Notes: generated by a model from the letters alone, not told the origin. 32,000 bases of DNA from Desulfocapsa sulfexigens DSM 10523 (GCF_000341395.1 NC_020304.1:840001-872000), one strand, 5' to 3'. Positions 19,179-28,899 are shown, counted from the first letter of the stretch. Made by a program: numbers and translations.

Positions 19179-20258
19179 ACTGTTCTTCTCTCCTCCAGCT
19201 CCCTCTATCTGACGTTTCCGTAAAGAATGTAATTTCTCAACAATCGTTTCTGCTCGTTTCAGTTTACTTTTTACTGTTTCATTCTCGGGTTCTAGCGCTA
19301 TAATGTTTTCCCACGCTCGTATAGCCTGTTCGTAATCCCCTGCACGATAAAAAGAGTCCCCAACGGACAATTCTTCCTCAACATATTCGCTGATCTCACG
19401 ATGCAGACGCTCCTGCATAAGTTCCACCGCCACAGTTTTCTGAGCACCTGCTGTCAACCGAGAGAGGTGTTGACGAGCCTCGGCCAACTTTCCAAAAGCC
19501 ATTGCCTTATTAAAAGATTCCATACTCTTCTTATCTTTCCTTATAGCAACTTTTTTTCTGTCCTTCTGCTTCTCAATCGCTCTCTTCCGGATCTGTTTAT
19601 CCAGACGATCCATCTGAGAGTCTGCCTCTGGACCGGGATACAACTCCACAACCAGCGGAACAATGCGACGCGCCATTGCAAGGTTGTTTTCCGCAAGCAT
19701 CTGTTCGCCAAGATGCAGCAACTGCAAAGCAATTTCCCTCGCATCATTTTTAGTACGGGAATATTTCCATTGAACAACCAGATCATTCGGGCTACTGGCA
19801 TGAAGGTCCTCCAAAAGAGGCAGCTTCTTTTGCAGCCATTCTCCCGTAATAATCAACTCCTCATACTCCAGGTTATCTAATTTTTTCTGAAAACGGAGGA
19901 GCATGTTCTGCTGCGCAGACTCCAGGGTTTTAGACTCTCCACTCTTTTGCAGTGCCTGACTATACGTAAGTTTAGCGGCAGGCCATTCGTTTTTTCGCTC
20001 CTGCTTCAGGGCGGTGGAAATAACAGATTTTTCATAGGCCCGCAGTTCATCAAGGATCAGCCTCCGTCTTTTCTCAATTTCCAGGGCATGTGGATACTCT
20101 TCTGGAGTATCCGCTATAAGGCTGAGAGCCTTGCCAAATTCCTGCCCTGCCTGGTACTCATCAAGAAGGGTGAGACGGTCAATTTTAGGATCAAGGAATA
20201 CCAAATGGGTACAACTTTGAAGGAACAACGCTAAAAGGAGGAAGACGAAAGAGTTCAT
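19170..20258 (-). CDS. Putative lipoprotein with helical-repeat/TPR-like content
   Basis: 362 aa. Lipobox-like LFLQSC at residues 11-16. TPR-like C-terminus (GDSFYRAGDYEQAIRAWENIIALEPEN). It begins 7 nt after the cyclase stop. Confidence 0.8.
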   Translation of the reverse strand: MNSFVFLLLALFLQSCTHLVFLDPKIDRLTLLDEYQAGQEFGKALSLIADTPEEYPHALEIEKRRRLILDELRAYEKSVISTALKQERKNEWPAAKLTYSQALQKSGESKTLESAQQNMLLRFQKKLDNLEYEELIITGEWLQKKLPLLEDLHASSPNDLVVQWKYSRTKNDAREIALQLLHLGEQMLAENNLAMARRIVPLVVELYPGPEADSQMDRLDKQIRKRAIEKQKDRKKVAIRKDKKSMESFNKAMAFGKLAEARQHLSRLTAGAQKTVAVELMQERLHREISEYVEEELSVGDSFYRAGDYEQAIRAWENIIALEPENETVKSKLKRAETIVEKLHSLRKRQIEGAGGEKNSSM

Positions 20259-20265
20259 GATAACA

Positions 20266-21735
20266 TTAATGAACCATGCCAGAATGGTTCATTTTGGCAA
20301 ATTCCATGGAAACTACCTGTTTCGATTGAGCCTCAACTTTCCAGATTTCCGAAGGAGCCGCCTTTCCCCGTAGTCGAATAGTTTGGGCCAGACTAGTTTG
20401 ATACAGAATGGCCAGCGAAAGGGAATCGTGCAGTTCCCGGGTTACAAGTATCTCACCGCCTGCTGCAATGGATGAGAGCCTGGCAGCAAGGTTTACGGCA
20501 TCACCTATTACTGTATACTCCATACGTCTTTCTGATCCAATATTCCCCGCAAGCATAGTGCCGGAATTAACAGCAACGCTGAACTCCACTGTAATCAGCC
20601 CCTGGTCGCAGCGCTGCCTGTTAAACTCTGTGATCATCCGTTGTATTTCAATACCGCAATGCACCCCATTCAAACCGTGTTCCCTATCCTCAATGGGTGC
20701 CCCAAAGAGGATCATAGCACAATCTCCAATATATTTATCAATGTGCCCCTTATGATCTCTGGCAATCTGATCAATAAGGGTAAAATAGTCATTGAGGAGC
20801 CGGTTCAAAGATTCCGGGTCTAATTTTTCACTCAAACTGGTGAAGCCTGCTATATCTGCATACAATACCGTTGCCTCTACATGGCTGCCACCAAGACGGT
20901 TTTCCGTATCATCCATCAGAGTGGATGCCACATCGGGTGAAACATGGCGCGAAAAGGTCTGCTCCACGTGTTTCTTCCTGGAAAGCCCCTCTGTCATGGT
21001 GTTCAGGGACCCCATAAGCTGCCCCAACTCATCCTTACGACACTCTTCAAAGCGAAACTGATAATTTCCCTGGGATATTTCCTGGGTCCCATCGACAAGC
21101 TGCTGAACAGGACGGGACAGCCTTCTTCCAATCAGGACCGCAACAACGATCCCAAGACTGAGCATAAGAGCTGTTATAAGCATAATGGTCTGCAGAGTAT
21201 TCCCATAGGCCGCCCCCATAAAGGAACGATCGAATGTAATAACGCAGTACCCAACTGTCAAATCCCGAAAAGTGATATTACTGACGTAAGAACTAAGGTC
21301 AACAGGGTCTTCCTCTCCAACTGACCAGTACATGGGTTGACCGTCATGTATGCTGGCAGGGTTTACAGAGGGAATAATTCCGATACCAGAAAGGAGGGCT
21401 GACTGATCTGTATATATGGCGACACCTTCTATGCCCTCATTGTACACGAGGTTGGAAGTGAGTTGATCCACGGCCTGACGGTCGTCTGCCAGAACAGGCT
21501 CGACAGCGGCAATGGCCAATTGATCACCCAATGCTGCTGCGTAAGCATCTGCCTGCTGATCAAACACAAGGCTCTGATTCCCAAGAATAAGAAGACTCAG
21601 AAGTCCCATTCCGATGATAATGACAGTAGTGATAATAGAGGCCAGCTTGACAGCAATGGATGAAGAAACGATCCCCTTAAAAAAAGAAGAAAGAAATTGT
21701 CGCCTCCTCTCAACCTGTGTCTTCTGCTCAATCAT
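20266..21735 (-). CDS. Membrane adenylate/guanylate cyclase: TM, periplasmic domain, TM, HAMP, class III cyclase domain
   Basis: 489 aa. Cyclase motifs VLYADIAGFTSLSE, DKYIGDCAMILFG and EYTVIGDAVNLAARL. A HAMP-like segment follows the second TM helix. Confidence 0.9.
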   Translation of the reverse strand: MIEQKTQVERRRQFLSSFFKGIVSSSIAVKLASIITTVIIIGMGLLSLLILGNQSLVFDQQADAYAAALGDQLAIAAVEPVLADDRQAVDQLTSNLVYNEGIEGVAIYTDQSALLSGIGIIPSVNPASIHDGQPMYWSVGEEDPVDLSSYVSNITFRDLTVGYCVITFDRSFMGAAYGNTLQTIMLITALMLSLGIVVAVLIGRRLSRPVQQLVDGTQEISQGNYQFRFEECRKDELGQLMGSLNTMTEGLSRKKHVEQTFSRHVSPDVASTLMDDTENRLGGSHVEATVLYADIAGFTSLSEKLDPESLNRLLNDYFTLIDQIARDHKGHIDKYIGDCAMILFGAPIEDREHGLNGVHCGIEIQRMITEFNRQRCDQGLITVEFSVAVNSGTMLAGNIGSERRMEYTVIGDAVNLAARLSSIAAGGEILVTRELHDSLSLAILYQTSLAQTIRLRGKAAPSEIWKVEAQSKQVVSMEFAKMNHSGMVH

Positions 21736-21964
21736 AATATGGTGAATATACGCTACGTATTCTTCTTGTTCTCATTCTTTGTTCATTGTATTCTTACAAC
21801 CAAACACGGACAAATTCAAATACCGTTAAACGGCAAGTTAGCCTGTACTCAATTCAGCAGCCCCTTAAGGGCAGAGAGTGAAAGTACCTTATCAATATAT
21901 TTTCTTTGTAAAAAACAAGAAATTATGCTGTAAGCATACTAAACCATTCCTCTGATAATATACC

Positions 21965-22741
21965 ATGGAACAGCTAATATATACCAACAACCGCTATCAT
22001 ACCCCAGCGAATGCAACTTCTTTCTGGGGGAAGCTCTTTCCGTCATTCTCATTCTATATGAGTTTTCTGGCTAACGTCTATTTTTCCAGCAGAAAAGCAA
22101 AACAGGGGAATTATGACAATGCAGCATGGTGTCAATCAAGCTACAAAGTCCTACGGGCCCTGGAACGGACAGGACTGCAGGTATCGATAGCCGGTGTTGA
22201 ATACCTGCGGGGCCTTGACTCTCCCTGCGTCATTGTAGGTAACCATGTCAGCATGATGGATACGGTTATTGTTCCAGCTATCGTGGTTCAGGAAAGACCC
22301 ATGACTTTTATCATCAAAGAGAGCCTGATGGAGTACCCGGTGTTTAAACACGTGATGCGGTCACGGAACCCCATTGCCCTCAGCAGGAAAAATGCCCGGG
22401 AGGACTTGAAAAAAGTACTCAGTGAGGGACAAAAACGACTGCAACAGGGCATATCCGTCGCTGTTTTTCCACAAACCACCAGGGGGACAGATTTTGATCC
22501 AAAACAGTTTAACACCATCGGAGTCAAACTTGCCTTGAAGGCTGGGGTTCCGGTACTCCCCCTCGCCCTGAAGACCGATGCCTGGACAAACGGTAAGATC
22601 ATTAAGGATCTGGGGCGAATCCGCCCGGAAATTTCAACCCATTTTTGCTTTGGCCCACCAATTACCGTTGAAGACAAAGGAAAAGAAGCTCACCGCAAGG
22701 TAATTGAATTTATCAGTGGAAAGTTGAAGGAGTGGCAATAA
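21965..22741 (+). CDS. Lysophospholipid (1-acylglycerol-3-phosphate type) acyltransferase, PlsC family
   Basis: 258 aa. HX4D motif NHVSMMD. FPQTTRG motif, cf. FPEGTR. Confidence 0.85.
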   Translation: MEQLIYTNNRYHTPANATSFWGKLFPSFSFYMSFLANVYFSSRKAKQGNYDNAAWCQSSYKVLRALERTGLQVSIAGVEYLRGLDSPCVIVGNHVSMMDTVIVPAIVVQERPMTFIIKESLMEYPVFKHVMRSRNPIALSRKNAREDLKKVLSEGQKRLQQGISVAVFPQTTRGTDFDPKQFNTIGVKLALKAGVPVLPLALKTDAWTNGKIIKDLGRIRPEISTHFCFGPPITVEDKGKEAHRKVIEFISGKLKEWQ

Positions 22742-23477
22742 ACTCAAAAGCCTCGGCTGCCAACCAGCCACTGCGTCCAGCTTCGTCGACGACAAGGACA
22801 TAGTTATTGTGTACCCTTTCAGGATGGACCATTCGCCCTTCCTGAATGGTACCAATTGAAGCAGCAGACTCAAAAGGTGACACCCGAAGTCGTGCATCCG
22901 ATACCACAACGACCCCATCCTGCCAATGTTGATATTGTCCGGCAGCTCCAACAGTAGCCACTACCATGACAACCAGACAGGCTGCAGCAAGCCCGTAGCG
23001 AGTCGTTCGTTTATATGAAGGAAAGATCGGTACCAGCAGAACCACCCAAAAAAGTACAAAAGCTGTTACCGTGAGCCCCAGCCACTGATTCAGGCCGATA
23101 AAAGAGACAAAGCGCTGTATAAAAGACTGCTCTTCCTGAAACAACCCGCTGTTTTTGCGAACGAGTTCAAGATTTCCACGACTATCGGAGTCTCCGGGTG
23201 CCAGCCGCAATGCCCGCTCATAGTTAAGAATAGCCCTGCCACTCTGGCCGGCCTGAGCGTAACTGTTTGCCAGATTATAGTAAAGTGGTGCTGATACTCC
23301 CCCCCCCGTTAATGATTCAAAAAGCTGAATCGCCATCTGGTAATCACCCCTGCTGTACGCTGCTGCAGCATTCTGAAACTGTACCTGGGTATCTTCTTCA
23401 ACCGCCCACAGCAGCTGTGATGAAGTCAGGAGAAAAAAACAGACCCCACATACAATCTTCTGTAAAAAGTCTGTCAT
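22713..23477 (-). CDS. batE: BatE-like protein (TPR, TM helix, C-terminal SH3-like domain)
   Basis: 254 aa, last gene of the Bat operon. TPR motif (GDYQMAIQLFE...YYNLANSYAQAGQSGRAILNYERALRLAPGD). TM helix. C-terminal GWLAAEAF segment. The ATG overlaps the BatD stop (ATGA). Confidence 0.8.
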   Translation of the reverse strand: MTDFLQKIVCGVCFFLLTSSQLLWAVEEDTQVQFQNAAAAYSRGDYQMAIQLFESLTGGGVSAPLYYNLANSYAQAGQSGRAILNYERALRLAPGDSDSRGNLELVRKNSGLFQEEQSFIQRFVSFIGLNQWLGLTVTAFVLFWVVLLVPIFPSYKRTTRYGLAAACLVVMVVATVGAAGQYQHWQDGVVVVSDARLRVSPFESAASIGTIQEGRMVHPERVHNNYVLVVDEAGRSGWLAAEAFEFIATPSTFH

Positions 23478-25387
23478 CTCAGCCCTTCCAGTTCCTTTTT
23501 CAATTCACTCACAATACCCTGCATCTCCTGAGGATTTAACTCCTGCCCACCATAGGCACTTTCATCTGCAGCCCTGAATATTGGCAAAAGAGGTGAATCG
23601 GTGGAAAGTCGTTTCTCCAGGTCGGCATAGGTAATTGCCCCCGCCTCCATTTCCCAGACAAGGCCAAGTTGCTCCTGAATAGCTCTGCGACAGGCGGCCA
23701 GGAACCCCCTTGAGTCATTGACCGCAAGGGCCTGTTCGATTTCCTGGACACGTAACAGAAGCAGATGTTTCATGGCCTGCTCCCTTTGCAGTCGTGCATT
23801 CCCCGCATATCGCGCCGCCCTTAGTTTCAACACCAATACTACCAGGAGCAGGAGAAGCAACAACCCGGCCAGAACCTGAAACCATTTTCTTGCAAACAGA
23901 GGCGTCAATTCCTGATTCAATTCTCCGGGAGTCAATTGCAGGGGAGCCAGACCATTCAGCGGCGGAACAACCTCCTGCTCGGCCTCTGCAGGTTTCATCT
24001 CCTCTTTTCCCTGATCCTTGTCTACTTTTACAGCTACAGATGGCGCCTCCTCCGTTTCCCTCTCCTGGATATTCAGAGGAACAGGATCTGCAATCAGGGT
24101 CTTATATGTGGTGCTAAGCGGATCAAAATAGCTGAATCTGATGGCCGGAATTTGTTGCAGGTTCTGATCTTTTGCAACGAGCGCCTGCTCAAAAATCTTC
24201 TTTCCATGGCCGGGCCCACCATCCTTTAAAAACTCTGAGGATGGCGTGTAGGTCTTCCAACCCTCTTCAGTAGCCAGTTTCGGCACCTGAACCCGATCAA
24301 AATTCCCCTGACCACTTATGGTCATGGTAAGAGTAATGGGATCGCCGGGTGCCACCGTAAGTGGGCTTGCAGTGACATCCAGATTGAAATCTCCAATAGC
24401 ACCACTAAACCCTTCCGGTTTACCATCCAGCGGCAGAGGAAGTACGGTCAGGCTGAGTGGAGGGCTTGCAATGGTCACCTCTTTTTCGCTGTAGGAAGAA
24501 AAGAAATTATTAAAAAATGGATCATGGCCACCAAAAGGACTGGTTCGTTGTTCCGGGAGAAGAAGGGTTGCAGCAATATCCACACTCAGCTGATGAACAC
24601 CCTCTTTAATCCCTGACAAGGCCGACTGCCACGATAGCACGTTGTAGCGACTGTCATTTACAAGTTCCCTGGTCTGCTCCGGCTCACGTTCCAGCTGCTG
24701 AAGCACAAAGCCGTCCCCCTGCAACTGCGGCAAACTGTTAAGATTCGCCTTAATAGTGTCACGAAAATATACTTTTATCTGCACCGGAACAATCTCACCG
24801 CTGTAACTTTTTTCTTTAACAGGTAATACCCGAAGAAAAGCTACTTTATCGGACTCTCCGGAGCGAAGCCTGGCAGAAGAAGAGCCACCCGACGTCTGTG
24901 GCTGCACCGTCGCAGCCTGTGGAGCTGTTACTGTAAAAGTGATCGGGCGGGTCATCACGGTTCCCTCACCTGTCACAACCTTTATGGCGGGAATGGTAAA
25001 ATCACCCTCACGAAATGCCTCCACATGAAACAGAGTTGAGACAGATGCCGAATAGGCACCGTTAATCAGATTCATCTGAGTGGACTGACCCCGTTGATAA
25101 AAACGAAGTCCTTCAACTTCAGGCATCTGCGGCTCTGACGACCGTGCTCCTGTCACAGAAATGGTGAGTGCCGCGGCGCGATCCAGTGGGAAGCTGGAAA
25201 CATTCAATGATGCCGTCACCTCCACCTCAGCATATGCAGATTGAACAACTGGCAGCGTCAATAAAAGAAACAATACAGTACCTAACGCTGTTGATGAAGG
25301 GTGAACCGGCACTCTTCTCAGGAGCCCCTTGATGAAGCCAGGCACTTTCATTATTCTATTATATGAAAAATTGTCTCTACTCTTCAT
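23474..25387 (-). CDS. batD: BatD-like (oxygen tolerance family) membrane protein
   Basis: Large exported domain plus a C-terminal TM helix (WFQVLAGLLLLLLLVVLVL). Operon position is after the VWA/TPR genes. The track start at 25393 is TTG; the ATG at 25387 shares one nt with the upstream TAA. The start remains uncertain, with another Met at 25351. Confidence 0.78.
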   Translation of the reverse strand: MKSRDNFSYNRIMKVPGFIKGLLRRVPVHPSSTALGTVLFLLLTLPVVQSAYAEVEVTASLNVSSFPLDRAAALTISVTGARSSEPQMPEVEGLRFYQRGQSTQMNLINGAYSASVSTLFHVEAFREGDFTIPAIKVVTGEGTVMTRPITFTVTAPQAATVQPQTSGGSSSARLRSGESDKVAFLRVLPVKEKSYSGEIVPVQIKVYFRDTIKANLNSLPQLQGDGFVLQQLEREPEQTRELVNDSRYNVLSWQSALSGIKEGVHQLSVDIAATLLLPEQRTSPFGGHDPFFNNFFSSYSEKEVTIASPPLSLTVLPLPLDGKPEGFSGAIGDFNLDVTASPLTVAPGDPITLTMTISGQGNFDRVQVPKLATEEGWKTYTPSSEFLKDGGPGHGKKIFEQALVAKDQNLQQIPAIRFSYFDPLSTTYKTLIADPVPLNIQERETEEAPSVAVKVDKDQGKEEMKPAEAEQEVVPPLNGLAPLQLTPGELNQELTPLFARKWFQVLAGLLLLLLLVVLVLKLRAARYAGNARLQREQAMKHLLLLRVQEIEQALAVNDSRGFLAACRRAIQEQLGLVWEMEAGAITYADLEKRLSTDSPLLPIFRAADESAYGGQELNPQEMQGIVSELKKELEGLR

Positions 25388-27387
25388 TACCAATCCTTTG
25401 ATATTTTCTGATCCCTGGTACCATTGGAAATGGCCCCTGGAACAAAATTCAACTCACCCGTCTCATCTTTTAAACTATTCAAGAGCTGTTTAGCTTCTTC
25501 TTCCGTCATTTTCCCCTGACTTCTTCGTTCCTGAGCCCTTGCTGTCGCTTCCTGCTGCTCTTTGTCCCTGGCTGCATCCTCTTCTGCGGCATCCTTATTT
25601 TCTTCCTGCTGTTCTTCTCCGGCAGCAGAGGTATCCTGTTGATCCTGCCCCGTCTCGTCACCTTCATCTTCCTTTGCAGAATCTGAATCATTCCGCTGCT
25701 CCTGCCCACTCTCCTGTGATTCCTGGTCTCCGGAATCGTTTTCAGAGGAATCCTCATCCTCGCTTTGCTGGCCCTGATCCTGATCCTGCTTCTGCTCCTG
25801 CTGCTCTTTATTGTCGTCTGAGTTTTGATCCTGATCTTTCTTTTCCTGATCCTGCTGTTCCTGCTGTTTTTTGAGTTCCTCAAGCTTCTTCTTTACAAGC
25901 TCAAGATTATAATGGGCGTCATCATGCGTAGAATCCAGCTGAAGGGCACCATCGAAGGACGCCACGGCCTCACTCCACATTTGAATGCTGTGTTGAGGGT
26001 CAGTCTGCAGCGTTTCTTTGCCTCTCTGGAACAGGGCATTACCCCGATTATAATATGCCTCCTTCTGAAGCTCGAGATCATCACTTTTCAGTGCTTCGGT
26101 GAATGCCTTGGCCGCATCCTCAAACATATTATTTTTATACGCTGCAGTTCCGTAATTGTAGTGTAACCTGGCATCATTTGGAGACTCCTGCAACTGTTCA
26201 TCGTAGAACGTTGAAGACGTAAGAAAATCTCCTGAGGCGTAAGCATCTTCTCCCTTTGACGCCTCAGCATCCTCCACCCATGCCAGAGTCCCCAGTCCAA
26301 AAAGTAGCACCAGAACAGCCGCAGCCTCCTGTTTTCTTCGACGTCCTGCCGTTTTTATAAAGGGAAGTCGCAGGCTACGGGCGGATTTTCTTCCTCCAAG
26401 CAGAAACTCGATCATGAGTAAAGCAATGGCAACACCCAGAGGCCACACGAATCGTTCCAAAGCAACCTTATGTCGTTTTTCCGCAAGCTTTTCCTTAGGG
26501 ATAAGAGATAACTTCTTCTGGTATATGGTCTGCAATCCTTCACCACTGTTTCCAAGCGGCACATACAGTCCCCCTGACAGCTCTGCAATTTGCCCAAGCA
26601 TGGTTTCATCAAGGCGTGAGGTGATAAAATTCCCCGACTCGTCCTTAACAAAACCACTCCTGCCATTCTCCATAAAGGGTATCAGTTCTCCCTCACTGCT
26701 GCCAACGCCAACGGTGTAGATGGTCATACCCTTTTCTGCTGCAGCCTCTGCAGCTTTTAAGACATCTCCCTGAAGATTTTCACCATCGGTAATCAACACC
26801 AGTATCTTATGGTTCGCTTCGTTTGAAAGGACTGTTTCCGCTTCAACGATTGCTGCCGCCAAATCGGTCCCGCCCCTGGGGATGATCGTGGTATCAATTG
26901 CCTCAAGAGAACTTTCAAAGGCACTGTAATCAATGGTCATGGGACACATCAGAAAGGCTGACCCCGCAAAGGGCAGGATTCCCACCCTGTCCCCTTCCAG
27001 CTGGCTCACAAAATCCAGAATGGCAAATTTTGCCCGTTTGAGACGATTAGGACTGACATCCTCTGCCAACATGCTTTTTGAGGTATCCACAGCAAACAAA
27101 ATATCAATACCCTTTCGCTTCACATCTATCCATTTAAAACCGTACTGCGGTCTGGCAAGTGCTATAAAACAGCAGCCAATCGCCGTAAGAAGGAGGATTC
27201 TTTTCAAGAGACGTCGCTCAAGAGAAACATTAGCGCACAATTTTCCAAGCAAGTGTGGAGCTGCAAACTTCTGCAGCTGTTTTTGTCTTTTCTGAGCGAT
27301 TTTCCTATACAAAAAAATAAGGATGATAAGAGTTACTGCCCCAACAGAAAACCAGAAAGGAGCACCAAATGTGATCATTTCACTCAT
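25387..27387 (-). CDS. batB: Fused BatB/BatC-like protein: TM, VWA domain, TM, TPR, long acidic low-complexity region
   Basis: 666 aa. VWA MIDAS-type motif DILFAVDTSKSM. LVLITDGEN. TPR block (YNYGTAAYKNNMFEDAAKAFTEALK...YYNRGNALFQRG). D/E/Q-rich stretch of roughly 135 aa. The ATG overlaps the BatA stop. Confidence 0.85.
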   Translation of the reverse strand: MSEMITFGAPFWFSVGAVTLIILIFLYRKIAQKRQKQLQKFAAPHLLGKLCANVSLERRLLKRILLLTAIGCCFIALARPQYGFKWIDVKRKGIDILFAVDTSKSMLAEDVSPNRLKRAKFAILDFVSQLEGDRVGILPFAGSAFLMCPMTIDYSAFESSLEAIDTTIIPRGGTDLAAAIVEAETVLSNEANHKILVLITDGENLQGDVLKAAEAAAEKGMTIYTVGVGSSEGELIPFMENGRSGFVKDESGNFITSRLDETMLGQIAELSGGLYVPLGNSGEGLQTIYQKKLSLIPKEKLAEKRHKVALERFVWPLGVAIALLMIEFLLGGRKSARSLRLPFIKTAGRRRKQEAAAVLVLLFGLGTLAWVEDAEASKGEDAYASGDFLTSSTFYDEQLQESPNDARLHYNYGTAAYKNNMFEDAAKAFTEALKSDDLELQKEAYYNRGNALFQRGKETLQTDPQHSIQMWSEAVASFDGALQLDSTHDDAHYNLELVKKKLEELKKQQEQQDQEKKDQDQNSDDNKEQQEQKQDQDQGQQSEDEDSSENDSGDQESQESGQEQRNDSDSAKEDEGDETGQDQQDTSAAGEEQQEENKDAAEEDAARDKEQQEATARAQERRSQGKMTEEEAKQLLNSLKDETGELNFVPGAISNGTRDQKISKDW

Positions 27388-28370
27388 GGCAGGCGCCTCC
27401 TCCCAAGCATAATCTCAATTCCCAGAAAAAATAGGGCAGCAAAGACAAACCAGGAGTAAAGCTCCCGGTAATTTTCAAATTTCTTGATGTTTCGGGTAGT
27501 GGTTTCCATGGTATTTATCTCTTGATAGACCTTCTCCAGAGATTTTGTGTCGGTAGCCCGAAAATAACGTCCCCCTGTCATTTCAGCAACCTGCCCCAAC
27601 GTTTCATCATCGATATCAACCCTGACCCGCATAAGACGTTTTCGCCCAAACCGGTCTTTTACAGGCATTGGAGCCTCGCCTCTTGTTCCGGCACCAATGG
27701 TATAGACCTTGATCCCAAGTGTTTCAGCGGCCTCAGCTGCAACAAGAGGTGGGACCGTACCGGCGTTGTTCATCCCATCGGTGAGGAGAATCATGATGCG
27801 CGACTTGGCATCACGATCACGGAGACGGTTCAGTCCGCTGCCAATGGCCGAACCAATCGCAGTACCGTCCTCAATCATCCCTATGGACAAAGAATCCAGA
27901 CGCTGTACCAGCCAGTCATGATCCAGTGTAAGAGGACTCACCATATAGGGACGGCCACTGAAGGCAAGCAGCCCAATACGATCATTGGGCCGCTCCATAA
28001 TAAAGGTGTGCATAACCGATTTCACGACATCAAGCCTGTTGGCAGACTTTCCTTTCAAGGTGAAATCCAGTGCCTCCATGGAACCCGAAACATCAACCGC
28101 CAGCAGAATATCAATGCCGCTTGCTTCAATTTCAGTGGTGGTATTCCCGAGCTGGGGACGCGCGAAGGCAAGGATAAGAAACCCCAGGCCCAGAAGGCGA
28201 AGCGCAGCGATTATCCCCCCCGGCCCTGTTTTCCGTCCTTCTGCTAAAACAGCAGCAATGGAGGTGGAGGAAAAAACAAGTGCGGGTGCAGCACTTCTTC
28301 TCCCACGTAGAATGGCGAGCAGAGGCAGGAGGGCGAGAAGCCAGAGAAATTCCGGGTGTAAAAATCGCAT
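27384..28370 (-). CDS. batA: BatA-like VWA-domain membrane protein
   Basis: 328 aa. N-terminal MRFLHPEFLWLLALLPLL. VWA motifs DILLAVDVSGSM and ILLTDGMNN. C-terminal TM helix. Confidence 0.88.
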   Translation of the reverse strand: MRFLHPEFLWLLALLPLLAILRGRRSAAPALVFSSTSIAAVLAEGRKTGPGGIIAALRLLGLGFLILAFARPQLGNTTTEIEASGIDILLAVDVSGSMEALDFTLKGKSANRLDVVKSVMHTFIMERPNDRIGLLAFSGRPYMVSPLTLDHDWLVQRLDSLSIGMIEDGTAIGSAIGSGLNRLRDRDAKSRIMILLTDGMNNAGTVPPLVAAEAAETLGIKVYTIGAGTRGEAPMPVKDRFGRKRLMRVRVDIDDETLGQVAEMTGGRYFRATDTKSLEKVYQEINTMETTTRNIKKFENYRELYSWFVFAALFFLGIEIMLGRRRLP

Positions 28371-28374
28371 AGTC

Positions 28375-28899
28375 CTACCTGCCTCCGTCCCTGGTTTCGC
28401 GGGTGGATTCGATAAAATCCCCTATCGCTGTTTCCATTTTTTTCATACCATTCAGATCCGGGGTACAACGGGCAAATTTCGCCATATCGCACTGATTAAG
28501 ACATTCCCGCAGACTGTTACGATGTTTCTCCGAAAATGTTATCTGCCTGACTCCAAGATTGTCTGTAAGATGACCGAAAAACTCTTTCGTGGTTTGTCTG
28601 GTCGTTTGAATGTGAAAACGATTTTCAATATAGCGCCGTAAAATATCAGAGACTTCCTGGGCATATGACAGGGCCTCCTCGCCATTCATTCTGCTCCTGG
28701 CCCGCTTGAGGTCCTCCAGTGCCGTTTCATGGGCAGAAGGGAGAATAACAGCCTTCTTTCGCAGACGAAAAAACCAGAAGAACAGGGCTGCCATAATCAA
28801 AAAAACGAGTATTACTAGAGCGAACAGCAGATAGTTCGGATCTTCAGGTAACGGTAAGGGAGGGTGGATATCACGAAGTTGCAACTGTTCCTGATTCAT
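28375..28899 (-). CDS. DUF4381-like small membrane protein
   Basis: 174 aa. LRDIHPPLPLP followed by one TM helix (LLFALVILVFLIMAALFFWFF). It occupies the conserved slot between the DUF58 and BatA genes. The ATG overlaps the DUF58 stop. Confidence 0.7.
   Translation of the reverse strand: MNQEQLQLRDIHPPLPLPEDPNYLLFALVILVFLIMAALFFWFFRLRKKAVILPSAHETALEDLKRARSRMNGEEALSYAQEVSDILRRYIENRFHIQTTRQTTKEFFGHLTDNLGVRQITFSEKHRNSLRECLNQCDMAKFARCTPDLNGMKKMETAIGDFIESTRETRDGGR

Noticed and set aside
25506-25883. ORFs 25506-25883 (-) and 25539-25874 (+), which encode R/K/S-rich or P-rich peptides.
   Set aside because: They are alternative frames of the D/E/Q low-complexity tract of the BatB/C gene, and this repetitive DNA is open in several frames.
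27370-27385. A CRP-like TGTGA...TCAC motif, considered because an adenylate cyclase is encoded nearby.
   Set aside because: The half-site spacing is wrong (5 instead of 6), the right half is imperfect, and it lies inside the batA/batB coding junction.
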